The notes below the pieces were generated by a model. That model did not search any database. It had not been told where the DNA came from and worked only from the letters and a program-made list of their open reading frames with translations. From Candidatus Falkowbacteria bacterium (GTDB lineage Bacteria; Patescibacteriota; Patescibacteriia; Patescibacteriales; UBA12465): a stretch of DNA of 63,189 bases. Location: the NCBI GenBank assembly GCA_012800315.1, contig JAAZJO010000004.1:1-63189 (forward strand), read 5' to 3'. This document shows positions 9,245 to 18,337 of this stretch, piece after piece (within the stretch, counting starts at the first letter, position 1; the number at the start of each line of letters is the position of its first letter). Position numbers and translations under genes: made by a program.

Positions 9245-10360
9245 ATGAAAGTTGCTTTAATTCATGATCATTTAGCTCAAGATGGGGGAGCAGAAAAAGT
9301 TCTGAAAGTTTTTTCTGATATGTTTCCGGCGGCACCTATTTATACGCTTCTTTATGAGAAAAAACAGGTTGATAAATATTTTAAGAATCGCCATATTGAG
9401 ACTTCTATAATTCAAAAGCTACCGGGTGGCATTAAGCATTATCAATGGTATTTAATGTTTATGCCTTTGGCGGTGGAGTTTTTTGATTTGTCTAATTTTG
9501 ATGTGGTTATTTCTGACGCTAGTGCTTTTGCTAAAGGAGTAATCACTAAGCCAGATTGTTTACATATTTGTTATTGTCATACACCAACGCGTTATTTATG
9601 GAGTGATACTCATCAATACATTAACGATTTAAAATATAATAAATGGTTTAAGAAAATTATTTCTTTATTTTTAAGTCGTGTTCGTATTTGGGATAGAGTA
9701 GCGGCTGACCGAGTTGATTTTTTTATTGCTAATTCAAAAACAGTTCAAGAGAGAATTAAAAAATATTATCGTCGTGAATCAACGGTTATTTATCCACCAG
9801 TGGAAACCGATAAATATTCGGTTCGTGATTTAAGCAATCAAAAACTGGAGGAAAAATATTTTTTGGCTGGTTGCCGTTTAGCACGCTATAAGCGAATTGA
9901 TTTAGTAGTTGAGGCTTTTAAAAAATTAGGTAATGATTATCGCTTAAAGATATTTGGTGATGGAGTTGATGCCAAGAGATTAAAAAAAATGGCTGCTGGT
10001 GCAACTAATATTGAATTTTTAGGACGGGTGAGTGAAGAAGAAAAAATTAAATTATTTGAGAATGCTCAAGCTTTTATTAATCCGCAAGAAGAAGATTTTG
10101 GGATTACTGTTATTGAATCAATGGCGGCTGGTCGCCCAGTAATTGCTTATCGGAGTGGCGGAGCAAGTGAAACAGTACTTGAGGGGAAGACCGGTCTTTT
10201 CTTTAATGAGCAAACAGCCGAATCTTTAGTGATGGCTGTTAAAGAGTTTAAGAATGAAAACTTTAAGCCACAAGAGATTAAAGATTATGCTAATCAGTTT
10301 TCGCTAGATAATTTCAAGCAACGAATTAATGAGTTTATCATGACACATTTAAAAAAATAA
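9245..10360 (+). CDS. Glycosyltransferase family 4 (GT-B)
   Basis: GGAEKV N-terminal motif; EDFGITVIESMAAGRPVIA. Confidence 0.9.
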   Translation: MKVALIHDHLAQDGGAEKVLKVFSDMFPAAPIYTLLYEKKQVDKYFKNRHIETSIIQKLPGGIKHYQWYLMFMPLAVEFFDLSNFDVVISDASAFAKGVITKPDCLHICYCHTPTRYLWSDTHQYINDLKYNKWFKKIISLFLSRVRIWDRVAADRVDFFIANSKTVQERIKKYYRRESTVIYPPVETDKYSVRDLSNQKLEEKYFLAGCRLARYKRIDLVVEAFKKLGNDYRLKIFGDGVDAKRLKKMAAGATNIEFLGRVSEEEKIKLFENAQAFINPQEEDFGITVIESMAAGRPVIAYRSGGASETVLEGKTGLFFNEQTAESLVMAVKEFKNENFKPQEIKDYANQFSLDNFKQRINEFIMTHLKK

Positions 10361-10392
10361 ATGTTTCTTAAAAGAAGTAGTTAATTTATTTT

Positions 10393-11598
10393 ATGAAAAT
10401 TGGAGTAGACGCCAGAGTTTTAATGGATAAATATTATAGCGGTGTGTCCGAATACGCCGCTAATTTATTAAAGGCGCTTTTACTACTAGATCCTGATAAT
10501 GAATATAAATTATTTTATAATTCTTTTAAGAATCTCAATCAGCAATTTCAGTCTTGGAATCGCCCCAATTCTCAGGTGGTTGCCAGTCGTGTACCGAATA
10601 AAATTTTTAATTATTTGGGGCAGAAAATTTTTTCTTATCCAAAAATAGATAAAAAGTTAGGTGGGGTAGATATTTTTTGGTCGCCTCATTTTAATTTTAC
10701 TAGCTTAGAGAAGAATACAAAAAAAATAATTACTGTTCATGATTTATCTTTTTTACGCTATCCAGAATTTTTTAGTATACGAAAAAATATTTGGCATCGT
10801 GCGCTGAGAGTGAAAAAGATTATTAGAGAAGCGGATAGAGTGATTGCGGTTTCTGAGAATACAAAAAATGATATTGTGGAATTAGTTGGAGTAGCGCCGG
10901 AAAAAGTAAAAGTAATTTATTCTGGCAATAATGCGCTTAAGGATGTTTTGGACAAAAAAGATTTAACAGCAGCAGAAAAAAATATTTTTAATCAGGCGGC
11001 AAAGGAGTTTTTGGCTAAGAAAAATTTAAAGGGGCGTTTGATTTTATATCTAGGCACGATTGAACCAAGAAAAAATATTTCTGGTTTAATTACTGCTTAT
11101 AATGCTTTAAGAGATAAGGATAAATTAAGCGGCCATAATAAATTTAGTGATTTAAAATTAGTTTTAGCTGGAGCAGATGGCTGGAAAAATAAACAGATTT
11201 ATACTGAGTGGAAAAAGTCACCTTATCAAGCTGATATTATTTTTTTAGGTTATATTAGCCAAAAAGAAAAGGAGATTTTATATTCTTCAGCGACTGTTTT
11301 TGTTTATCCGTCATATTATGAAGGCTTTGGTTTTCCACCATTAGAAGCAATGACTTATGGTTTACCAGTTATTTGCTCAAACATTTCTAGTTTGCCGGAA
11401 GTGGTGGCTGGGGCTGCTTTAATGATTAATCCTTTTGAATCACAAGAAATTGCTGAAGCTTTAGAAATTATTTTAAGTGATACAAATTTACGTGAATCAT
11501 TTATTCAAAAAGGATATGAACGGGCTAAGATTTTTACTTGGAAAAAAACAGCTGAGGAATATTTAAAAATATTTAGAGAATTAAATGACCAGCAGTAA
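10393..11598 (+). CDS. Glycosyltransferase family 4 (MtfB/WbpY-like)
   Basis: LYLGTIEPRKN; PSYYEGFGFPPLEAM. Confidence 0.9.
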   Translation: MKIGVDARVLMDKYYSGVSEYAANLLKALLLLDPDNEYKLFYNSFKNLNQQFQSWNRPNSQVVASRVPNKIFNYLGQKIFSYPKIDKKLGGVDIFWSPHFNFTSLEKNTKKIITVHDLSFLRYPEFFSIRKNIWHRALRVKKIIREADRVIAVSENTKNDIVELVGVAPEKVKVIYSGNNALKDVLDKKDLTAAEKNIFNQAAKEFLAKKNLKGRLILYLGTIEPRKNISGLITAYNALRDKDKLSGHNKFSDLKLVLAGADGWKNKQIYTEWKKSPYQADIIFLGYISQKEKEILYSSATVFVYPSYYEGFGFPPLEAMTYGLPVICSNISSLPEVVAGAALMINPFESQEIAEALEIILSDTNLRESFIQKGYERAKIFTWKKTAEEYLKIFRELNDQQ

Positions 11599-12715
11599 AA
11601 AGCAAAAAGTAAAGGAGCGGGTATTAGTAGCCATGTCTGGCGGGGTTGATTCTAGTGTGGCGGCTCAATTATTAAAAAACCAGGGTTATGATGTGGCTGG
11701 TGTTTTTTTACATTTTTGGCAGGATAAGTCAGTCAAGGCAGAGAATCGTTGTTGTTCATTAGAATCTTTACGGGATGCGCGCGCAGTGGCTGCTAAAATT
11801 GGCATTCCTTTATATACATTTAATTTTTCTGAACCATTTAAAAAGGTAGTGGTTGATAATTTTTTAAGTGAATATGCGGCCGGTCGGACACCAAATCCTT
11901 GCGTAGTTTGTAATCATAAAATAAAAATTGGCCTATTACTTAAACAAGCCCGGGCTTTAGGTTATGATTACGTGGCCACTGGACATTATTTAAAGATTAA
12001 GAAAGTGAGACGCGAATATCAATTATTTAAAGCGCGTGATACTCATAAAGATCAAAGTTATTTTTTATATACTTTTAGACCAGAGCAATTAAAACATTTA
12101 TTATTTCCATTGGGTAGCTATACTAAATTACAAGTAAAAAAAATGGCTGAGAAATTTGGTTTACAAGTAGCGCAGAAAGCAGAAAGTCAGGACATTTGTT
12201 TCTTATCGGGTGATCATAATAATTTTTTAAAAAAATATTTAAAATTAAAGTCAGGTGATATTCGTTTACTAGAAACAGGAGAGAAAATTGGTGAACATCA
12301 GGGATTGCCTTTATATACAATTGGTCAACGTCGTGGTTTAGTGGGTGGTACTGGGCCTTATTATGTAGCTAAATTTGATTATCGGAAAAATATTCTTTAT
12401 GTAGTTAAGAATTGGAATGAGGCTATTTTATATCAACCGGGATTAATTGCTCAGAAGGTAAATTGGTTAAGTGGCAAATCACCAAAAAAAACTTTTCAAT
12501 GTGAAGCAGTTATTCGCTATGGACATAAAGCAGTTAAGTGTACAGTGACACCTAAAAATAAAAAATCCACGAAAGCTTATTTAGATTATTTAGTCACTTT
12601 TAATAAACCGCAACGCGCTGTTACTCCCGGTCAAAGTATTGTTTTTTATAATAAAAAACAAGTTCTGGGCGGTGGTCTGATTGCTGTTTTGCCGTCATCA
12701 AAGGTAAAAAAATAG
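11585..12715 (+). CDS. mnmA: tRNA 2-thiouridylase MnmA
   Basis: AMSGGVDSS, TPNPCVVCN, ATGHY, KDQSYFL, ESQDICF, TIGQRRGL, RAVTPGQS. Confidence 0.96.
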   Translation: MTSSKKQKVKERVLVAMSGGVDSSVAAQLLKNQGYDVAGVFLHFWQDKSVKAENRCCSLESLRDARAVAAKIGIPLYTFNFSEPFKKVVVDNFLSEYAAGRTPNPCVVCNHKIKIGLLLKQARALGYDYVATGHYLKIKKVRREYQLFKARDTHKDQSYFLYTFRPEQLKHLLFPLGSYTKLQVKKMAEKFGLQVAQKAESQDICFLSGDHNNFLKKYLKLKSGDIRLLETGEKIGEHQGLPLYTIGQRRGLVGGTGPYYVAKFDYRKNILYVVKNWNEAILYQPGLIAQKVNWLSGKSPKKTFQCEAVIRYGHKAVKCTVTPKNKKSTKAYLDYLVTFNKPQRAVTPGQSIVFYNKKQVLGGGLIAVLPSSKVKK

Positions 12716-12723
12716 AAAAATAT

Positions 12724-12754
12724 AAAAAACAAGCTTAATTTAGCTTGTTTTTTT
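12724..12754. terminator. Bidirectional terminator between mnmA and tRNA-Leu
   Basis: AAAAAACAAGCT-TAATTT-AGCTTGTTTTTT. Confidence 0.8.
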
Positions 12755-12755
12755 G

Positions 12756-12842
12756 TGGTGCCGCGAGAGGGACTTGAACCCTCATGAAGTCGCCTTCGCA
12801 TGATTTTGAGTCATGTACGTCTACCAGTTCCGTCACCGCGGC
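12756..12842 (-). tRNA. tRNA-Leu(CAA) with long variable arm and encoded CCA
   Basis: Reverse complement GCCGCGG..CATGA-CT-CAA-AA-TCATG..GGTTCAAGTCC..TCGCGGC-A-CCA. Confidence 0.96.
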
Positions 12843-12860
12843 TGTCCGATTACGAAGTTT

Positions 12861-12911
12861 AGTATAATAAATATGCTTTTAATTGTCAAAGGGCTTTCTT
12901 TAAGATATAAT
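12861..12911. promoter_or_regulatory. Overlapping divergent sigma70 promoters for tRNA-Leu (-) and parA (+)
   Basis: Minus strand TTGACA(12889-12884)-17-TATACT(12866-12861); plus strand TTGTCA(12883-12888)-17-TATAAT(12906-12911). Confidence 0.7.
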
Positions 12912-12930
12912 ATGAATATTAGTAAAGTTT

Positions 12931-13695
12931 ATGGGTAAAATAATTGCGATTGTTAACCAAAAAGGTGGTGTCGGTAAAACGACTACGGCTGTGAATTTAA
13001 GTGCCTATTTAGCCCACTTGGGCAAACAGGTTCTTTTGGTTGATTTAGATCCGCAAGCTAATGCTACCTCTGGTTTAGGTTTTGATCATCGTAATTTAGA
13101 AGCTGGTATTTATGAGTCTTTGGTGAGCGATAAACCGATTTATGAAATTATTAAGCGGACGATGCAGAATGGGCTAAAATTAGCCCCAGCCACGCTAGCT
13201 TTAGCCGGTGCCGGGATTGATTTAGTGGCCTTAGATAATCGTGAATTTCGTCTATCTAGTATTTTAGAGGAAGTACGCAATGATTTTGATTTTATTATTA
13301 TTGATGGCCCACCCTCCCTTGGTTTATTAACGGTTAATAGTTTAATTGCCGCTGATGAAGTTTTAATTCCAATCCAAAGCGAATATTATGCTTTAGAAGG
13401 TTTGAGTCAGTTATTAGAAACAATTAGCTTGGTGCAAAATAATTTAAAACCCAGTTTAGGTATTATGGGTGCAGTTATTACCATGTATGATAATCGCAAT
13501 AAATTGTCTGGAGCGGTTATGGAAGAATTATATAAATTTTTTCCGAATCGCATTTTTCGTTCGGTTATTCCGCGTAGCGTTCGTCTAGCTGAGGCGCCAA
13601 GTTATGGTCGCTCAATTCTACATTATGATCCAAAGTCACGTGGTGCTAGGGCTTATGAAAATTTAGCGCGAGAAGTTTTAAGTTTAGAGAGATAG
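12931..13695 (+). CDS. parA: Chromosome partitioning ATPase ParA/Soj
   Basis: NQKGGVGKTTT, VDLDPQANAT, IIDGPPSLG, IPRSVRLAEAPSYG. Confidence 0.96.
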   Translation: MGKIIAIVNQKGGVGKTTTAVNLSAYLAHLGKQVLLVDLDPQANATSGLGFDHRNLEAGIYESLVSDKPIYEIIKRTMQNGLKLAPATLALAGAGIDLVALDNREFRLSSILEEVRNDFDFIIIDGPPSLGLLTVNSLIAADEVLIPIQSEYYALEGLSQLLETISLVQNNLKPSLGIMGAVITMYDNRNKLSGAVMEELYKFFPNRIFRSVIPRSVRLAEAPSYGRSILHYDPKSRGARAYENLAREVLSLER

Positions 13696-13745
13696 ATTTT
13701 TAGAAAATAAAAAAATTAGATAAATAAAAATTCAGATCAATATAT

Positions 13746-14627
13746 ATGGCACAAGGTTTAGGCCGAGGACTCGGCTCATTAATTCCCAAAAAAACAGTAA
13801 CTTATGGACAAAATCCTTTTAAGTCGGAAACGGCTGGAGGAGAAGTGGTTGTTCTTAATGATAGTGATCGTATTTTAAAAGTAGATCCAAATCGTATTTC
13901 AATTAATCCGCAGCAACCGCGTACACATTTTTCAGAAACTGCTTTAAATGATTTAGCCGAATCAATTCGTCAACACGGTATAATTTCACCTTTAATTGTT
14001 ACTCGTAAAGGCAATGATTTTGAATTAATTGCTGGAGAGCGTCGTTTGCGTAGTGCTAAGTTAATTGGTTTAAAAGAAGTGCCAGTGATTGTGCGTGAAG
14101 AAAAAGAGCAGAAGAAGTTAGAAATTGCTTTGATTGAAAATTTACAGCGAGAAAATTTAAATCCCCTAGAAACAGCCCGCGCTTATCAAAGATTAATTGA
14201 TGAATTTAATATCACGCAAGAAGAGGTGGCTAAAAAGGTTGGTAAGGCTCGTTCTAGTGTAACGAATGCTTTACGTCTTTTAACTTTACCTGCACCCATC
14301 CAAGATGCTTTAGCCGCTGGGAAAATTACAGAAGCCCATGCTAAATATTTATCAGGAATTGACGGGGAGACGAAGCAGGTAAATATGTTGAAAAAAATCT
14401 TGCGTCAAAATATGACTGTAGCGGAGACTGATAGAGAGATTAAGCGTTTAGGTGGAACTAAGGCAGCGAAGCAGAAAGATTATTTTGATCGGGCGCGTGA
14501 AGAAGAGTTGGGTGAGTTTTTAGCTACTAAAGTTGAAATAAAACATCGTGGTAAGGGTGGAAAGTTAATTATTGACTTTTACTCCGAGGAAGAATTGAGT
14601 GGAATATTGAAGAAAATAAAAAAATAA
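13746..14627 (+). CDS. parB: ParB/Spo0J partition protein
   Basis: NPQQPR, LIAGERRLR, ALIENLQRENLNPLE, HTH GKARSSVTNALRLL. Confidence 0.95.
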   Translation: MAQGLGRGLGSLIPKKTVTYGQNPFKSETAGGEVVVLNDSDRILKVDPNRISINPQQPRTHFSETALNDLAESIRQHGIISPLIVTRKGNDFELIAGERRLRSAKLIGLKEVPVIVREEKEQKKLEIALIENLQRENLNPLETARAYQRLIDEFNITQEEVAKKVGKARSSVTNALRLLTLPAPIQDALAAGKITEAHAKYLSGIDGETKQVNMLKKILRQNMTVAETDREIKRLGGTKAAKQKDYFDRAREEELGEFLATKVEIKHRGKGGKLIIDFYSEEELSGILKKIKK

Positions 14628-14657
14628 AGGAAAATAAATCAATAATTATTTTTTCAC

Positions 14658-17600
14658 ATGTCTTTTGTTCATCTCCACAATCATAGTCATTATTCATTAC
14701 TTGACGGTCTAACTAAGATTGACGAGATGGTTAATTTTGCTAAAGAACAGGGTTCGCCAGCTGTTGCCTTAACTGATCACGGCTCAATGTATGGAGTGAT
14801 AGAATTTTATCAGAAAGCTAAGAAGGCTGGAATTAAACCGATTATTGGAGTAGAGACATATTTAGCGCCGAATTCTCGTTTTGATAAAAATACACGTGAA
14901 GATGGTCGTGGTTACCATCTTTTATTATTAGCTAAAAATAAAACTGGTTATCAAAATTTAATTAAATTAGTTTCAGCCGCTCATTTAGAGGGATTTTATT
15001 ATAAACCGAGAATTGATTGGGAATTATTGGAAAAATATCATGAAGGTTTAATTGCTTCAACGGCTTGTTTAGCTGGAGAAATACCGCGCTTGATTGTTGC
15101 TGATAAATTAGAAGAGGCAAAAAAAAGAATTCAAGATTATAATAATCTTTTTGGGCAGGGAAATTTTTATTTAGAATTAATGGATCATCCAGAATTGGAG
15201 GACATGCCCAAGGTAAATGCTCAACTACTTAAATTTTCTAAAGAATTAAATGTCCCAGTGATCGCTACTAATGATGTTCATTATTTTAAAAAAGAGGATG
15301 CTGAAGCACAGGATATTCTTTTATGTTTACAAAATAAAAAGAAGATTACTGATACCGATAGAATGACTATGCTTGGTTATGGTGATTATTCAATGCGTTC
15401 TAATGCTGATATGATTGCTGCTTTTAAGGATGTACCGGAAGCAATTGAAAATACTTTGAAGATTGCTGATATGTGTAATTTAGAAATTGAGCTTGGCAAT
15501 ATTCAGCTACCGCATTTTGAGGTTCCGGCAGGTTATGATGGCAATTCCTATTTAAGAGAATTATGTGAAAAGGGGATTTCTAGACGTTATCCAGAAGCTA
15601 GCGAAGAAGAATTAAAAGCAGTGCGAGAGCGCCTGGAGTATGAGTTAGGGGTTATCGCCAAGATGGGTTGGTCAGATTATTTTTTAATTGTAGCTGATTT
15701 TGTTAATTGGTCACGTGAAAATAAAATTGTGGTTGGCCCGGGGCGTGGCAGTGCTGCTGGTTCAATAGTTTGTTATTTGACTGGTATTACTGGACTTGAT
15801 CCCTTAGAGTATGATTTACTTTTTGAACGTTTTTTAAATCCAGAACGTGTTTCTATGCCTGATATTGATTTAGATTTTGCTGACACACGCCGTGGCGATG
15901 TACTTAATTATGTAGCAGAGAAATATGGACGTGATCACGTTGCTCAGATTATTACTTTTGGTACAATGGCGGCCAGAATGGCGGTGCGTGATGTCGGACG
16001 GGTGCTTGATGAGCCTTATGATTTTTGCGACAAGATTTCTAAGAGCATCCCGATGTTTACTAGTTTAAGTGATGCTCTAAAAGATGTTCCAGAGGTTAAG
16101 GAAATGTATAATAATGATCCAGCAGCTAAGCGAATATTAGATTATGCTTTACGTTTAGAAGGGGTGGCTCGTCATTCTTCAACACATGCTTGTGGTGTTT
16201 TGATTACTAATAAACCACTAACTGATTATGTGCCGATTCAATATGCTTCTTCTTCTGATCAAAGCATTATTTCTCAATATTCTTTGCATCCAATTGAGGA
16301 TTTAGGTTTGTTAAAAATGGATTTTTTAGGTTTGAAAAACCTTACTATTATTGAATCAGCTTTAAAGATTATTAAAAATACTCGCGGACTAGATATTGAT
16401 ATTAATAAAATTCCTTTAGACGACGCGGCAACTTATAAATTATTTCAAGAAGGGGAGACGACTGGAGTTTTTCAATTTGAATCATCTGGCATGAAACGTT
16501 ATTTACGCGAACTTAAACCAACTGTTTTTGAAGATATTATTGCTATGGTTGCTTTATATCGCCCAGGACCAATGGAGTGGATTCCGGATTATATTGCGGG
16601 TAAACATAAAACTAAGAAAGTTTCTTATCTCCATCCTAAATTGGCGCCAATTTTGGAAAAAACTTATGGGGTGGCTATTTATCAGGAGCAGGTTATGCAA
16701 ATTGCTCGTAATTTAGCTGGCTTTACCATGGGGCAGGCAGATGTTTTGCGTAAAGCGATGGGTAAGAAAATTCCTTCTTTATTAGCTGAACAAAAAGAGA
16801 AGTTTATTGAAGGTTGTGTTAAGAATGGAGTTTATCAAGAGTTGGCTGAGAAAGTTTTTTCTTTTATTGAGCCATTTGCTGGTTATGGTTTTAATCGTTC
16901 GCATGCTGCTTGTTATGCGCTTATCGGCTATCAAACAGCTTATTTAAAGGCGCATTGGCCGGTAGAGTTTATGGCTGCTTTATTGACTTCTGATTATGGA
17001 GATTCTGATAGAATTGCTATTGAAATTGAAGAGTGTCGTAATATGGGTATTAATATTATGGCTCCAGATATTAATGAATCTTTTGGCACTTTTACAGCGG
17101 TGACGGCTGGCACTAAGGAAAATCGGCCAGTTAGAGCTGGGGAGAAAGTTGATACAATCCGCTTTGGTCTTAAAGCGATAAAAAATGTTGGTGAGCATAT
17201 CGTTGATATTATTATTAATGAGCGTAAAAAAAATGGACCCTACAAAGATATTTTTGATTTATTAGAAAGAGTAACTGATAAAGATTTAAATAAAAAGTCT
17301 TTAGAAAGCTTAATTAAGAGTGGGGCGATGGAGAGCTTGGGTGAACGTGGTTTGTTATTATCAAATTTAGAAAAATTATTAAATTATAATAAAGAACTGA
17401 GCAAGATTCAGGAAAGTAAACAGGTTAGTTTATTTGCCGATCTTCCCTTGAATGCCGGTTTGAGTAAAGTGAGCTTAAGTCCAGCCCCACCAGCTGAGCA
17501 AAATGAAAAATTAATTTGGGAGAAGGAATTACTGGGTCTTTATGTCAGCGAGCATCCTTATAATCTTTTTCGTCAGTACTTATCTGGCTATGCTATTCCT

Positions 17601-18245
17601 TTAGCGAAATTAAATCAGTACAAAGGTTCGGAACATGTTATTATTGCCGGCATTATTTCAACTGTTAAAAAAATTATTACTCGTAAAGGTGAGTCTATGC
17701 TTTTTGTTAAAATTGAGGATGCTCTTAAATCGGTTGAGCTGTTAATTTTTCCACGTTTATATAAAGAGACAACTGATCTTTGGCTTGATGGCCAGGCAGT
17801 TATTTTAGAGGGAAAGGTTTCAGAAAAAGATAAAGAAATAAAGTTTTTGGTTAATCGGGCTGCTCCGCTTGATCCTGAAGCGCCACAAAAATCAGTTGAT
17901 AATTTTAAACGTTTAATGTTAGAGACTGCTTCACATAAGAATAATTATCAAGCTAAACATGCTCAGCTGTTTGCTCGGGAGAAAAAAGAAGCTAAAGCTG
18001 TTAAATTAGAAGAGCAGCCCAAGAAACCACTCAAAATCATTTTCTTAAAAGATCCTTTAGATCAAGATATTCTTAAAATGAAAGAATTTTTTTCTCGTTA
18101 TCCGGGAAAAGATGAGGTTTATTTTAAAGTTACGATAGGTGGAAAATCAAAAATCATTAAAACTGCCTTTCAAGTTGATAATAATGACAATATAAATAAG
18201 GAATTAAGTGATCAGTTTAAGGGATTAATAAAAATTGCTGTTTAA
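14658..18245 (+). CDS. dnaE: DNA polymerase III alpha subunit
   Basis: PHP HLHNHSHYSLLDG, GRGSAAGS, PDIDLDF, KMDFLGL, GFNRSHA, C-terminal OB fold; no intein seen. Confidence 0.97.
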   Translation: MSFVHLHNHSHYSLLDGLTKIDEMVNFAKEQGSPAVALTDHGSMYGVIEFYQKAKKAGIKPIIGVETYLAPNSRFDKNTREDGRGYHLLLLAKNKTGYQNLIKLVSAAHLEGFYYKPRIDWELLEKYHEGLIASTACLAGEIPRLIVADKLEEAKKRIQDYNNLFGQGNFYLELMDHPELEDMPKVNAQLLKFSKELNVPVIATNDVHYFKKEDAEAQDILLCLQNKKKITDTDRMTMLGYGDYSMRSNADMIAAFKDVPEAIENTLKIADMCNLEIELGNIQLPHFEVPAGYDGNSYLRELCEKGISRRYPEASEEELKAVRERLEYELGVIAKMGWSDYFLIVADFVNWSRENKIVVGPGRGSAAGSIVCYLTGITGLDPLEYDLLFERFLNPERVSMPDIDLDFADTRRGDVLNYVAEKYGRDHVAQIITFGTMAARMAVRDVGRVLDEPYDFCDKISKSIPMFTSLSDALKDVPEVKEMYNNDPAAKRILDYALRLEGVARHSSTHACGVLITNKPLTDYVPIQYASSSDQSIISQYSLHPIEDLGLLKMDFLGLKNLTIIESALKIIKNTRGLDIDINKIPLDDAATYKLFQEGETTGVFQFESSGMKRYLRELKPTVFEDIIAMVALYRPGPMEWIPDYIAGKHKTKKVSYLHPKLAPILEKTYGVAIYQEQVMQIARNLAGFTMGQADVLRKAMGKKIPSLLAEQKEKFIEGCVKNGVYQELAEKVFSFIEPFAGYGFNRSHAACYALIGYQTAYLKAHWPVEFMAALLTSDYGDSDRIAIEIEECRNMGINIMAPDINESFGTFTAVTAGTKENRPVRAGEKVDTIRFGLKAIKNVGEHIVDIIINERKKNGPYKDIFDLLERVTDKDLNKKSLESLIKSGAMESLGERGLLLSNLEKLLNYNKELSKIQESKQVSLFADLPLNAGLSKVSLSPAPPAEQNEKLIWEKELLGLYVSEHPYNLFRQYLSGYAIPLAKLNQYKGSEHVIIAGIISTVKKIITRKGESMLFVKIEDALKSVELLIFPRLYKETTDLWLDGQAVILEGKVSEKDKEIKFLVNRAAPLDPEAPQKSVDNFKRLMLETASHKNNYQAKHAQLFAREKKEAKAVKLEEQPKKPLKIIFLKDPLDQDILKMKEFFSRYPGKDEVYFKVTIGGKSKIIKTAFQVDNNDNINKELSDQFKGLIKIAV

Positions 18246-18337
18246 TAAATTGCTGTCATTATAAAATTTTGATATAATAGAATTAATTAAGTTATAAATT
18301 TTTTTAAAATTAAAATTTTTAATTCTTTTTTTGTATT

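Noticed and set aside
15707-15722. parS-like TCACGTGA core inside dnaE
   Set aside because: Five of 16 positions differ from TGTTTCACGTGAAACA and the flanks are not palindromic.
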